Below the pieces are notes generated by a model, which saw only the letters and a program-made list of their open reading frames with translations, was not told the origin of the DNA and made no database searches. Shown here piece by piece: positions 41,287 through 52,641 of a stretch of DNA of 64,000 bases (within the stretch, counting starts at the first letter, position 1; each line of letters begins with the position of its first letter). This stretch comes from Epithemia pelagica (taxonomy: Eukaryota; Protista; Bacillariophyta): the NCBI GenBank assembly GCA_946965045.2, contig OX337231.1, positions 2,728,001-2,792,000 of the forward strand, in the 5' to 3' direction. The translations under genes and the position numbers were made by a program.

Positions 41287-41922
41287 TTCTCATCGGCAAA
41301 ACCATGGTCGCTGCTGCTCTCCGGCTACCTCGTCTGTTTTGATGGTGACCGACAGATGCGTCTGGCCATTTGTCGAAAGACGAGGCTACCAATGAAAAAC
41401 ACCGCAATGACCACACCTACACCTTACGTACGAAATACCGAGAACAATGGACAGTTTCAATTTTCAATGGAGGCATCGCCCCGAACTTTACCATGGGTCA
41501 GCTCTCACGACATCATACTTGGAGAGATGGAGTGTATTTCGGAGTCACAATAAAACACGACCAGAAAATAACACTACTCGGCGGTGGCTTCACCTAGTTA
41601 AAAAACAATGGGGCATATATTTTTGTTGATACGAACAATTTGTCCACGACAGCGGCAAATTTGTGCCCAAACGTTCATCCCAAACAAAAATCTTACGGTC
41701 GGTTCGACGACCGCCCTCCCCCTTTCCCACAAAGTCTTTTGCCTCGCATATCGCATTACGAGTTACGAGTAAGAAAGTAAGAGCGATCTAGAAGAGACGA
41801 CATTGCTCTACGAATATTCAGTATTCACACACCCTTTAGTCGAAAGCGTTGTGGTCTGTAAAAGCAGAGAGCTACCATACGTTCCCACTTAGTGAATACT
41901 TTTCTACGAAGAGATTTTAACC

Positions 41923-42307
41923 ATGATGGACGATCATGAGGTGGGTTGTTCGAGTTCATCAAATGACCTTTGATCCAAACAGCTGCTGATTTTGTCTGAC
42001 TTTGTTTGTGTGATCACCATGCATTTAGAAACGAGTGGACGATGAGATCCAACAATTACTTGTCGATATCCGCAGAGTCGGTGAGGAACCTGGTTCCCCT
42101 CGAGTAAAGTTTGGAGAGTTGTTCGATGACGACGATGTTCAGCAATACTACGAAGCCTTGGTCGGAACTCTGAAGAGTGCTAAGAAACGTGGTGTCATTG
42201 ATTTTAAGGGTCAAATGCTTCTTAAAGGTATGCATGATGATGTGGTAATTTCCATATCATCTTCAGAACTAGAAAAGGAATCCAAGCTGCAAACCGCGTC
42301 GCCCTAA
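41923..42307 (+). CDS. Costars/ABRACL family protein
   Basis: Short exon 41923-41940 and intron 41941-42028, then VKFGELFDD...EALVGTLKSAKKRGVIDFKGQMLLKGMHDDVVI. Confidence 0.9.
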
Positions 42308-42495
42308 TATTGGGGCAAGCCCCATGTTGTCGGCTTCATTGCGACACAACCGAGGAATGCCTCGTGCTACACTCACTAACAAATTGACACAAGTTACATC
42401 AAGAGCCATAAAAGCGGCAACGATGCCTGTGGTCAACGCAGAATCACAACCAGGGAGAATACCTGTCCCCGTTAACATCTAATATCGAAGACTGT

Positions 42496-43259
42496 TTATC
42501 CGGCTGAGATAATCCGAGGGTCTGAACCGTCAATCGATATAATTCCAGCTGCCAAAAATGAATACGATTGTGAGCGAAATACTCTTCGCTGTGGGTATTA
42601 AGCAATCTGCTCGTGAGGGGTAACGCACCAGATTCATGAACACGTTCGATGGTGAAGCGAACCAACGTGTTTGTCGATAGTGTTTTGTTGTCATCCTCAG
42701 CATGCACCCATCTACATCCACTTGTGTCGTATTTGAACCCCGAGTCTCTCAGGTGTTGTGCAGTGATGCTCGCGTTGAAATATTGGTGCACGATCATTGA
42801 CACATGTGAATCAAAGGATTCTACTATCATACCGTTCATTTCCACTCCAGTCTGTGGCTTGAAAATGAGAGCTGAGCATTCAACTTCGTAGTGAATATAG
42901 GGAAGCTCTCCGATTATTCGTCCTTTTCCGCCATTTATGACCTCCAGGTCCTGGAAAGCAAGTAATATCCCACCAAAGCCCGCTGAGAACTTCAGCAGAA
43001 AACCTTTCATTGCATCTTCCAGGTTTTCCTTGACAGATCCGAGACTCACTGGCAACAGAGATATTATCATTGATAATCGTTGTTTGTGAAGTAGTGGCGA
43101 GACAACATTTGGAGCATGTTTCGTTGTTTTGATTTGATCTGTTTCTTCTTGTGTTTGTTGTTCGTCGCTTTCTTTGGACCTTCTTTTTGTCTCTTTCTTA
43201 AGTCGCTTACGCTGCCTACTCTCAGCTTGAGCCTCATTCACTCTTCGTTTTGAAACCAT
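42496..43259 (-). CDS. RPA43: RNA polymerase I subunit RPA43
   Basis: LLKFSAGFGGILLAF...GRIIGELPYIHYEV...FKP...SHVSMIVHQYFNASI. Intron 42549-42628 restores GIISIDGS and TAA at 42496. Confidence 0.85.
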
Positions 43260-43420
43260 GGTTTAGATTCAAGAACAGTCGTTCGCGGCTCGAGAGAAGT
43301 TATTTTGATGGATGGTTGCCGTCTGTCGAAAAAAAGTCCGGTCGCGCGAGCACTTTCGGCGGTCGCGCGACGACATTTTACGCACAACAATTTCATTGAT
43401 TCATTGACCCCTTCAAAACA

Positions 43421-44388
43421 ATGAGATTGAAGCGCTTGGAGAGGACATTTATTGTTTTCCTGATAGCGCTCGTGCTGCTAATGTATCGGCGAGGGAGCTT
43501 GGCAAATCTCAGACGTCCATTGACGTACAATCGCACCACTCCAAAATCGGCAACCAGCAATCCGAGTGGTTTTCCTCTGGTAGCTGTACGAGTTCCGTCT
43601 GCTATAAACTCTACGACCTCTTTACACTCTTACAAAAGCAAGCTTTCCCGGAAAGTATTCTTACTCAACACTACTGAACGCTTCTCGGCAGTGGCTCCAT
43701 ACAGTTCCAACCTATCCCGCGAGTTGAGACTTGAACGAGTATCAAAGCAAGCTAGACGGCATCGTTGCGCTTGGGCGACTAATGGTGGCCCGTTCAACAG
43801 GGATGGAAGCACTTCAGGCGCCCTCATTGTCAATGGCCAAATTATAATTGATGACTTTGGTGGGGCGGTGGGCTTGGGTGTGACAGCAGGGCCTTCACCC
43901 CAATGGATTCTTGGACCAATAAAAAAAGAGGACGTACTTCGATTTAGTTTGCTTCACTTTGTCACAGGTTTCGACTGGCTTGTCTACAATGGGGTGAACG
44001 TCGCACCAGAGCAAAAGTTTAAGCCGGCAATCAAAAGAGCTCCGAGGACAGCCGTCGGGGTCGACAGAGCGGGCAATCTCATTGTTATGGTGGCTGATGG
44101 ATGTGAACGATGGTAAGTGCTCGTAGACTATGTCGATGAGGCGCCAAGGCCGGTATGCTGACATTCTGGAAAAGCATCACCAAGCGCGGACCGACTTTGA
44201 ACGAGACAGGAGACTTTCTGGTAGAAATTGGACTTGTATTCGCTGTTAATATGGATGGTGGAAGCTCATCCACCATGACTCGGAAGGGCAAAGTAATCAA
44301 CAAGCCAACGTGCATTGATATTGACGTCTTGAGTTGTTCGCGACCAGTGGCTTCTGTCTTATGCATTGGAAACGACGCAGTCATGTAG
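43421..44388 (+). CDS. Phosphodiester glycosidase (NAGPA/uncovering-enzyme-like)
   Basis: N-terminal TM, WATNGGPF, APRTAVGVD...VADG, intron 44113-44174 and AVNMDGGSSSTM. Confidence 0.8.
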
Positions 44389-45192
44389 TCTTTTCGTATT
44401 GGATCGAATCTTGTAATCGATGACGTGAAGATTCATTCGAAGCATGTAGAAGAACACGGCACAATTTGATCCTGCTCTTGCCAAGACAAACGGAAAGAAG
44501 ACTGTATTGTTGCGTTTCCCAACCAACTGCTGCCCTGCTTTATTCGCGGAACATATCACTTCGATGAAATCGGTATAGTCTGTAGATACACTTTTACCAT
44601 CCAACTCACATCGGTGGAGGAAACGGTTTGAAGCAATCGCGCATTTTAGAGATTCCCCTCCTCTGTCATGAATACTGTTGTTGTGGAGGTTCAATCTCCG
44701 CAGTGAGTTGTTCGTGGTCAGAGCATGCGCTAGCGACGACGCACCAGTATCGCCAATGGAATTGTGGTTCAGTTGCAGCAATTCTAACTTGCGGTTGAAT
44801 TGCAATCCTTCCGCGATATGAACTGCGCCGTTACTGTTGATGGCGTTGTAGTCAAAATACAGTTCGACTAAGCTGCAATTGGAAGCCAAAGAAGAACCAA
44901 GGTCATGAAGATCTTGAATTTGATTGTAGGATAAATGAAGGACCTGAAGGGAAGTCGTCAACGGCAGGGCTATCTGCAATAGAGGGACGAGGGCGTCTGC
45001 GTGATCCGTGATGGAGCTTGTTAAATTGAGAACCTCAAGTGACTGCGACTTGTGAAGCACATTCGAAAGCTCTTCCATCATCAATCGATCTACGCGACGA
45101 ATGTTCAGGTTTAGATTGGTCAAAATTTCATCTTTATTGTCGAGTCTCCTGCAAATATCTCTGAACCACTCCTGCGGCTGGGGAGAATTCAT
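44359..45192 (-). CDS. Leucine-rich repeat protein (RNI-like, 28-aa repeats)
   Basis: Repeated LxxLxLxxNxIxxxGAxxLAxAL units; its 3' end overlaps the neighbouring gene by 30 bp. Confidence 0.85.
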   Translation of the reverse strand: MNSPQPQEWFRDICRRLDNKDEILTNLNLNIRRVDRLMMEELSNVLHKSQSLEVLNLTSSITDHADALVPLLQIALPLTTSLQVLHLSYNQIQDLHDLGSSLASNCSLVELYFDYNAINSNGAVHIAEGLQFNRKLELLQLNHNSIGDTGASSLAHALTTNNSLRRLNLHNNSIHDRGGESLKCAIASNRFLHRCELDGKSVSTDYTDFIEVICSANKAGQQLVGKRNNTVFFPFVLARAGSNCAVFFYMLRMNLHVIDYKIRSNTKRLHDCVVSNA

Positions 45193-45425
45193 GGTCGATC
45201 GCAGAAAAACAAAGAAAAAAGATACCTTACCACACGAGAAAATACTGACGGTTCTCTGTGTGACCTAAGAGCGACTGCAAAACACGATATTTTGGACTTT
45301 TGCCCTCACTTTTTGGCGATTCCCCACTTTTATGTTGACTTTGTTGGGAACCCTCACTGATTACCAACAAACAATGTCAATATCACCCTTTTCCATCTCT
45401 TCTTGATCGAGTCTAGAAAGAAAGA

Positions 45426-46468
45426 ATGACGGTTCGACGAAGGTTGACATTACCACTAGAGAATGATGAGGGTCCAACGTTGAAGAGTACGATATTGGAC
45501 GACGGATGTTTCTCACAAAACGGTGACGCAAGAATGAGAAACGAAAGCTTGATATCAAGGCTTCATGTCATGTTGGTGTTCGTGCTTTCCTTCGCTCCGT
45601 GGATTCCTTCCATGTTCGTTCGGTTCAGGATAGAAAGGGTCAAGTCAGAGCTCAATTATTCACATAAAAGAAATGAAGCCGTGCTTGATGATTTGGCAGC
45701 TGCCATCAACCACCGACGACATCTCAAGGAGAAAGTAGCGCTCTTAGAAGATCAAAGTACTTCTCTCATGGAATCTCTAAAAGCGAAAGGGGACATGGTG
45801 GATCCGACCAATGATATGTACAGAAATGCAGAGGGGGTCGAAGAGACCTACTTGTTGCGTATTGGTCAATTGGAGGCTGAGATTCAGGACTGGAGCAAAC
45901 GTAGAATGAAAACCAAAAAGCCATACGAAGGAAACGAAGGAGAACATTGCTTTCAGTTCGCTTTTGTGAATAAAAAGGATGGATCAATTCACGCATTCAG
46001 AATGGCTGCTTTTTCCTACGGCAACATTCCGCATTCCATTGCTGTTTTTCACGAACTTCTCGAAAGTGCTGTCATGGTGAACGCTTCCGTTACTTTCGAT
46101 GATGACTCTGTATGTTTCAAACTTGTACCGAGTGATACGGAGCATAAATCGCTCCTGCACAGTATTCGATTTTCTGAGATGCCTCACGTATCACCACCAA
46201 CCAACGAGAATATCACAGGTAAGGTCGACGGAAGAGAATGCATTGGACGATCTAACAGGTCGCTCTCTAATCAACACTTTCTCTTGCAGTGTGGTTAGGA
46301 TCACGACGAGATTTTCATTCCTTTCTTTATTTCTGTCCAAACAAGGGAAATGTAAATCAGGAGGAAGGGATGGTGACGAGTCTTATTGGTACTGTTGTTG
46401 AAGGCGAAGAAGTCTTTCACAGAAGACTCTCGGATGCTTGGAACGTCGAATCCGTCAACATGTTGTGA
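45426..46468 (+). CDS. Membrane-anchored coiled-coil protein with a cyclophilin-like C-terminal region
   Basis: TM segment, coiled coil and RMAAFSYGNIPHSIAVF. Intron 46219-46289 gives a final exon with LIGTVVEGEEVF. Confidence 0.5.
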
Positions 46469-46973
46469 AAGGTACAAAGTCGTATGGCGAAGGATGACTC
46501 ATTCAGTACGATGAATGATTTGTTCGCAGCACGAACCGAGGTCTTCACTATAACAAAAGAGCATGCCTTCATCACCTGTTTTTTGAATCAGTTGGATCAC
46601 TGAATCCCTTTTACTGTGAAGAGCAAACGCAACGAAAGACTAATCAAATAGTACTGCAAAGCAGCTCAAGTATGTGTTGAGATCATGACATTGCAGGTTT
46701 CCCGATGTTGTATGCATCCTCCTTCAAAGGAATCCTAGAAACCATTTTAATGTTGGATGTATGATATCAACCACAACAAGAAGACAACTGCTTTCAATGA
46801 ACAGTGACCGATCTCATCAGAAAACAAAGCCTATCGCACTCTGCAAGTAGCTGATAATGAAACTAATCAATGAGTTCAATTTGAAGTAAGATACGAGTGA
46901 CAAAGTCGTATAATCTGGCGATTGACACGACAGAGCTCTCGCGTTTCGTTTCATTCGAAACCGTTGTACTTGT

Positions 46974-48623
46974 TCATACTCGTAGCTTGTCGATCGTTTC
47001 CTGAAGGAGCTTCTTTTTTTCAATACGAAATCGAACAGCCAATGTCTGAGATGCCTCCATATCTTGTTCCAAGGTTGTCGCCTTGGAGGCTAGTTCCTGC
47101 TCCAACGCTGTCTTTGCGGCGAGTAGGGCAGCCCTCTCGTTTTCAGGTGAGACAGAACTCGCAAAGTTACCCACTGCCGCACCCGCGGCATCCCATTCTT
47201 GATCGTTAGAAAAAAGCGCCCGGAGTGCTTGAACTACGGCAGGATCAATGCCATCGATTCGATTGACAACCACACCACCCAAAGGGTTGCTGACTTCGGC
47301 AGGACTACCGGTCATGTCCGTTGCGTTTTCTTCGTCTTGTGAAAGGCTACCCAGCAATCCCGCTCGATTCAATTTGTCGAGCCTCCCAGCTGCAACTTTT
47401 CTGCCAGTCGCCTCTTCCATGGCTTGAAGAGGCCATTCACGAAGTGGAGGCATGATATATACATCTGATGGGTTGTCCTCTTCCACAAATCCATAGTATT
47501 GTAACAATTGATCATTGGATCGACCTCCATAGGATATCTCTACAGGTTTTCCTTTGGAAACACTTTGAGATGAAACCATACTGTAGGTATTTGCGAAATA
47601 CTCCAACGACACTTGGGCGTTGAAGTTCACCGAATTGTGATTGGCCATGTCAATCACTGGGCATATAACGTATTGCTTCTTTTTGAACAATTTCGGGACG
47701 ACAAAGTCTTTGAGAACAGATGCGGAAAAGACAACACCAGCTCCATTGGCTGCTTGTTCCAAAGTGCCCAACCCCAAACCGACATAGACGGCAACGAGCA
47801 GCAAGGTAAAGGCATAAATTCCTGGATTGAAACGCCCCGCGGTGGTTCCTGAGAACGCACGTGATCGAGCAGTTTCACAACCCCATACAAAATCCTCCCA
47901 CGAAAGAGACCCAAAGGCTCCTGATTTGGAAATTTGGTCAAACTGAGATTTCCACAAGGCTTCTTGGCGAGCGACAGATCGGTCCATTGCTTCGTACTGT
48001 AGTTCTTGGCGTTGATCTTCTGTCCAGTGAATTGGGGTATCGAATGAGGATGGCAGAGACGCAAGCCACGGAGATCGGTCGATTTCGCTACCATCGCTTT
48101 TCAAGGAGTGTAGATACAGAGAAAACTGGACATACCAAGGCATTTCTTTCAAGATCAGATTATTGGATTCGCGACACCGTCGCTTGAGATTGCCATTGTC
48201 ATTAGGCCCATCTCCAGGCGACTCCACCGTTAATGCAACATCGATCGGAACTTGTAGAAGGATTTGTCCAGAAGATATGTCTTCTTTCGCAACGAATCCC
48301 AGTCCAGAATCCTCCGATGACGTCAAACCGATACCAGAACTGTATATTTGAATCTTCGCCTGCGCTGTGGCCCAATCCAAAAGAGACGTAATGCGATCTT
48401 TGCGCGAACTCACAGGTGATTCGGTTGATGAAGAGGATAAGGACAGTCTCATCGATTGCCAGTTATTTCGATTGACGTGGTGCTTTGTTGTCTTGTATGG
48501 AAAAGGGTGTGGATGATAGACGGCATTTGTTCTCCCCTGGAAACCACGCACTTGTCGGTGCAATAAGGCGACATGAACAGTCACCAACAACACTATCCCT
48601 GTAAATTTAGATATTTGTTTCAT
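46974..48623 (-). CDS. Rubisco-LSMT-like SET-domain lysine methyltransferase, plastid-targeted
   Basis: Signal peptide ending VRG-F plus transit peptide; PVIDMANH and ISYGGRSNDQLLQYYGF. Confidence 0.85.
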   Translation of the reverse strand: MKQISKFTGIVLLVTVHVALLHRQVRGFQGRTNAVYHPHPFPYKTTKHHVNRNNWQSMRLSLSSSSTESPVSSRKDRITSLLDWATAQAKIQIYSSGIGLTSSEDSGLGFVAKEDISSGQILLQVPIDVALTVESPGDGPNDNGNLKRRCRESNNLILKEMPWYVQFSLYLHSLKSDGSEIDRSPWLASLPSSFDTPIHWTEDQRQELQYEAMDRSVARQEALWKSQFDQISKSGAFGSLSWEDFVWGCETARSRAFSGTTAGRFNPGIYAFTLLLVAVYVGLGLGTLEQAANGAGVVFSASVLKDFVVPKLFKKKQYVICPVIDMANHNSVNFNAQVSLEYFANTYSMVSSQSVSKGKPVEISYGGRSNDQLLQYYGFVEEDNPSDVYIMPPLREWPLQAMEEATGRKVAAGRLDKLNRAGLLGSLSQDEENATDMTGSPAEVSNPLGGVVVNRIDGIDPAVVQALRALFSNDQEWDAAGAAVGNFASSVSPENERAALLAAKTALEQELASKATTLEQDMEASQTLAVRFRIEKKKLLQETIDKLRV

Positions 48624-49044
48624 CTCCGTAAGTCCTCTTGTCTTATTTTGTTCGGTATGCTGACAACAAAGAGCAAGATCTTTGATTGATGGCAGGAGGG
48701 TAAGTCAATAATGAGCAGCAGTCTTAACATTGGAAATCATGGCTGTGATAATGTGCACAAACATTGATATGCCTGACTTTAGTGCATGTTATGACTCTAT
48801 CTTAGGTACAGATACGTAAGCTGGTATCTTATTAAGAGCGACCCAGGAGCGTTCCAAGAAGATTGTTTCTCCTCCACCAATCAATTTTTCCACTCCTTCT
48901 CCCACTTTCCATCAAAAACACCAGAAATCGCGCCACCACCCGCCAACACATCGTCCACGTGACAAATGAGAAACTCGGACTGATGCCAAACATTGAACTT
49001 GGAGAGGACAACAAAGAAACGCTAACCCATAATTCACTTTGAAT

Positions 49045-50998
49045 ATGTGCGGAATAATCGGTTTACTCCTGGCGAACGAGAACGCACATGTAAGCCCTGC
49101 TGTTTTGTTTACAAAGGAGAATCAGTTTGTCGCGAGAAAGATACTGATGGTCATCCATCACGGTGTACTCATGTTCGACCCATATTTTAGGTAAACCAAT
49201 TGCTTTTCGATGGCTTAACGGTTCTGCAACATCGAGGGCAAGATGCAGCGGGGATTGTGACTTCAGAGCGGCGCCGTTTGCACCTTCGAAAAGACAATGG
49301 TATGGTTCGGGATGTCTTCCAGCCCCATCACATGGCCGAACTTCGCGGTCACCTTGGTATTGGACACTGTCGCTACCCGACAGCTGGAACGAGCAGTTGT
49401 GCTGAAGCACAGCCACTTTACACAAACTTTCCTCACGGAATCTGTATTGCGCACAATGGAAATCTCACCAACGCCAACGACCTTACCCTCATGCTTCGAG
49501 AGAAGGTCGGTCGACATGTCAACACAGATTCTGATTCGGAACTGCTGCTGAACGTTTTTGCCGAACATCTCATGGACGAGGAACGGAAGCGAAATTTCCC
49601 ATCACTTACCTTGACTGCTTCGTCTTCCGACACGGCAGAGGCGATCTTTGCGGCCATGACCCGCCTCATGCGAGACTGCAAGGGTGGATATGCTGGTGTT
49701 TACTTGATCAATGGTATTGGATTGGTTGGATTCCGTGACCCCCATGGTATCCGACCTCTTGTTTTTGGTTGTCGACGGAACTCCACATCGGACAGTACGA
49801 ACGGCGTTGTTGCTGAAATGGACAATCCCATCAATGAGTTAGGAATTCCGCAAACTCCTGCAGATATGGAATCTGTGGAGAAAACGCTCGACTACGTTTT
49901 CTGCTCTGAATCGGTTGCGATTGATACACTGGGGTTTCAACTAGTTCGGTACGTAGCGTCCGCGCATTCTCGTTGGAAGAAAGAACAGTGCACTCATACA
50001 GCAGAAATAAATATTTGGTCGGCCACAGTGATGTAAAGGCTGGGGAAGCAATATTCATTGACATGGACGGCAACTGCCATGCACGTGTGTGTCATAAGGA
50101 AACTCCTTCACCTTGCATCTTTGAGTACGTGTACTTTGCCCGCCCAGATTCCATCATGGATGGGATCAGTGTGTATGAAACTCGGTTGAAGATGGGTGAA
50201 AAACTTGCAGAAAAGATTAAGCGCGTTCATCCAAATCACGAAATTGATGTCGTTATTCCTATCCCGGATACATCTCGAACGTGTGCTTTGCAAGCGGCTT
50301 ATCAGCTTGGCCGACCCTTTCGAGAAGGATTCATCAAAAACAGGTACATTGCCCGAACATTTATCATGCCGGGTCAGGAAACACGGAAAAAGTCAGTTCG
50401 GCTTAAGCTCAACACGATCAAAAGTGAATTCAATGGTCGAAACGTCTTGTTAGTGGACGATTCCATTGTTCGTGGTACCACAGCACACGAAATAGTACAA
50501 ATGGCTCGGGATGCGGGTGCTCGCAAAGTTTTCTTCTGCAGTGCTGCTCCACCAATTCGCTACCCTAATATATATGGAATCGATATTCCGACGCGAAATG
50601 AACTCATCGCGTATGAACGCCAGGAGGACCAAATCGCTTCCAAAATAGGCTGTGATTGGATCGTTTACCAAGATTTGCAAGATTTACAGGATTCCGTCTT
50701 GGAATCTGCACCTGCAGGTGTTTCAATCCCTCAGTTCGACACCAGTTGCTTTAGTGGCAAATACGTGACTGGTGAACAAATTGGTGACTCCTACTTCACC
50801 CGACTGCACAACGAACGAAATGATGGGGCCAAAGAGCGGAAGAAGCGCGGAATCAATGGAGACAGTTCACCAAATAAGCAGAAGAAGCCACTCACAAGCA
50901 ACGATGGATGTGAGTCTGTTTCAAACGACAAGAGAGAAAAGGATAAAGAAATGGGGCATAGCGTGACAAGTCGCTTGGAGCTTCACTCGAAAGCATAG
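49045..50998 (+). CDS. purF: Amidophosphoribosyltransferase (glutamine PRPP amidotransferase)
   Basis: MCGIIG N-terminal nucleophile, LQHRGQDAAG, GHCRYPTAG, AHNGNL, CIFEYVYFARPDS and LLVDDSIVRGTT. Introns 49090-49190 and 49949-50028 keep the frame. Confidence 0.97.
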
Positions 50999-51320
50999 TG
51001 GCGTCCTTGTTTCCACCCGAAGAAGGCACGTTGGTCTTGGGAGTTCCCCATCGGACCAAAGCTGCGAATGAACCTGTGTTTCGCAAAGACGTATATTGGT
51101 ACATGTGGCGATGAGGAGATGTGGGCGCTTAGTTTCACAATTAAATTTGCACATATCTTTTGTTCTCACTTTTGAATTAACCCATTGAATGGATAGGACT
51201 ATGAACTACTCCTATGACTATGAGGTTGGTGTGGAGTTGGACGATGGACAGATAGTATAGACAATAGACAGACAGATCCATCTTCGGACTACGGACGGAC
51301 GAACGGTGCTCCGTGCTACC

Positions 51321-52455
51321 ATGATGTTTTTATCTGTTGCCCGTTGTCCCACCCACCTGGCGCTTACAAACATGATGCAGAGGAGAATCTGGATTGGACT
51401 TATTACTTGCAGCACTCTTCTTCTATCTGATGTTCGGCCGATACTAGTTGAAGAAGTTCTGGAACCTGAAAATGGTGCATCAGAGTCTTTGACCATTGAG
51501 ACCCCTTCCCCATCGAGTTCTCATGCAGAGAAGCTCGGCAACGGGGGCGAGATGGAAGGTGACAACAGCCAGTCACCAAAAGAAGTGACTGATGAACCTG
51601 AACAGGATGTGACTACGAATGAAGCGACGCCCTTAAAGGATGAACATCAACCGGATGAATTGTTCGTCGGAGCATTTTATGTACTCGACTCTTCGGTGGG
51701 AACGGACTCTAATTGGGACATCAGCCAAACAACTGGGGATGAATTTGATGACAGAACTTTATTGGACATATTTGGGGAAGTTACGAAAGAGTTTCTGACG
51801 CAACGTGTTGTAAGTTTGCAATATCTGTCTTATTTGGCAGTGGTTTCTGTTGAGTCATCCTACCCTCGTGACTGACGTTAGTCGATCCCCTGCAAAGATC
51901 CCCGACACAGACGAGGAATGCCGATGGGATTGGAGATCCCTAAGATGCGAGCCTGCATGTGAATGTTTCTTTGAGGGCAAATGGGGTGATTATCACTTAG
52001 GGAGGTCGTGTAGATTAAACAGTGGGCAAGTTGACGATCGATGCGTTCCAGTTGATCCTGCCATTGTGCTAAGGGAAGCTCCAGTCCCCAAACGAATCAT
52101 TTCACTTGTCTCCCAGACCATTGATATTCTCAAAAGTGAGGTTCAAGTCTTTCTTGAACGCTTCCGCAACCGAATAGCCGGTCGTTGGCAGAGAATGAGG
52201 AAGCATCTCTGTCATGATACATGGTCGTTGGCATCACGCCTTTCGGCTCAACGTCAGCAACTGTACAACCCCAAACAGGGAAAGAACGACAACAGTACTT
52301 GCGTACCTCCTTCAATGACATTGACATTATATTCTACACGATCATTGTGGGAACGTGCTCTGTGTGGCGCACCGTTGGAGTTTGAAATTTGTGAATCCTC
52401 GTCTTCGACCAAGTCCTCATCACCACCTAACAAACACAACAAGGGTTGGGACTAA
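51321..52455 (+). CDS. Hypothetical protein with a hydrophobic N-terminus, acidic linker and Cys/Trp motif
   Basis: Two ORFs joined in frame by candidate intron 51810-51897; motif CRWDWRSLRCEPACEC...GDYHLGRSCR. Confidence 0.55.
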
Positions 52456-52641
52456 TGCATGTCGTTTTGTCAAAGCTAAAGAGACAATGCAATACTTCCC
52501 AAGTCAAAATGGTTCCATACATTATTTTACGATCTCATACACCATTCCACACAAACGTGTCCAAAGTTTTCACTTCTTCGTTGTGAAGCATTCACTGTAC
52601 ACAGGCAAGCGAAAATGGAACAAAATAAAACGGGGACTTTA

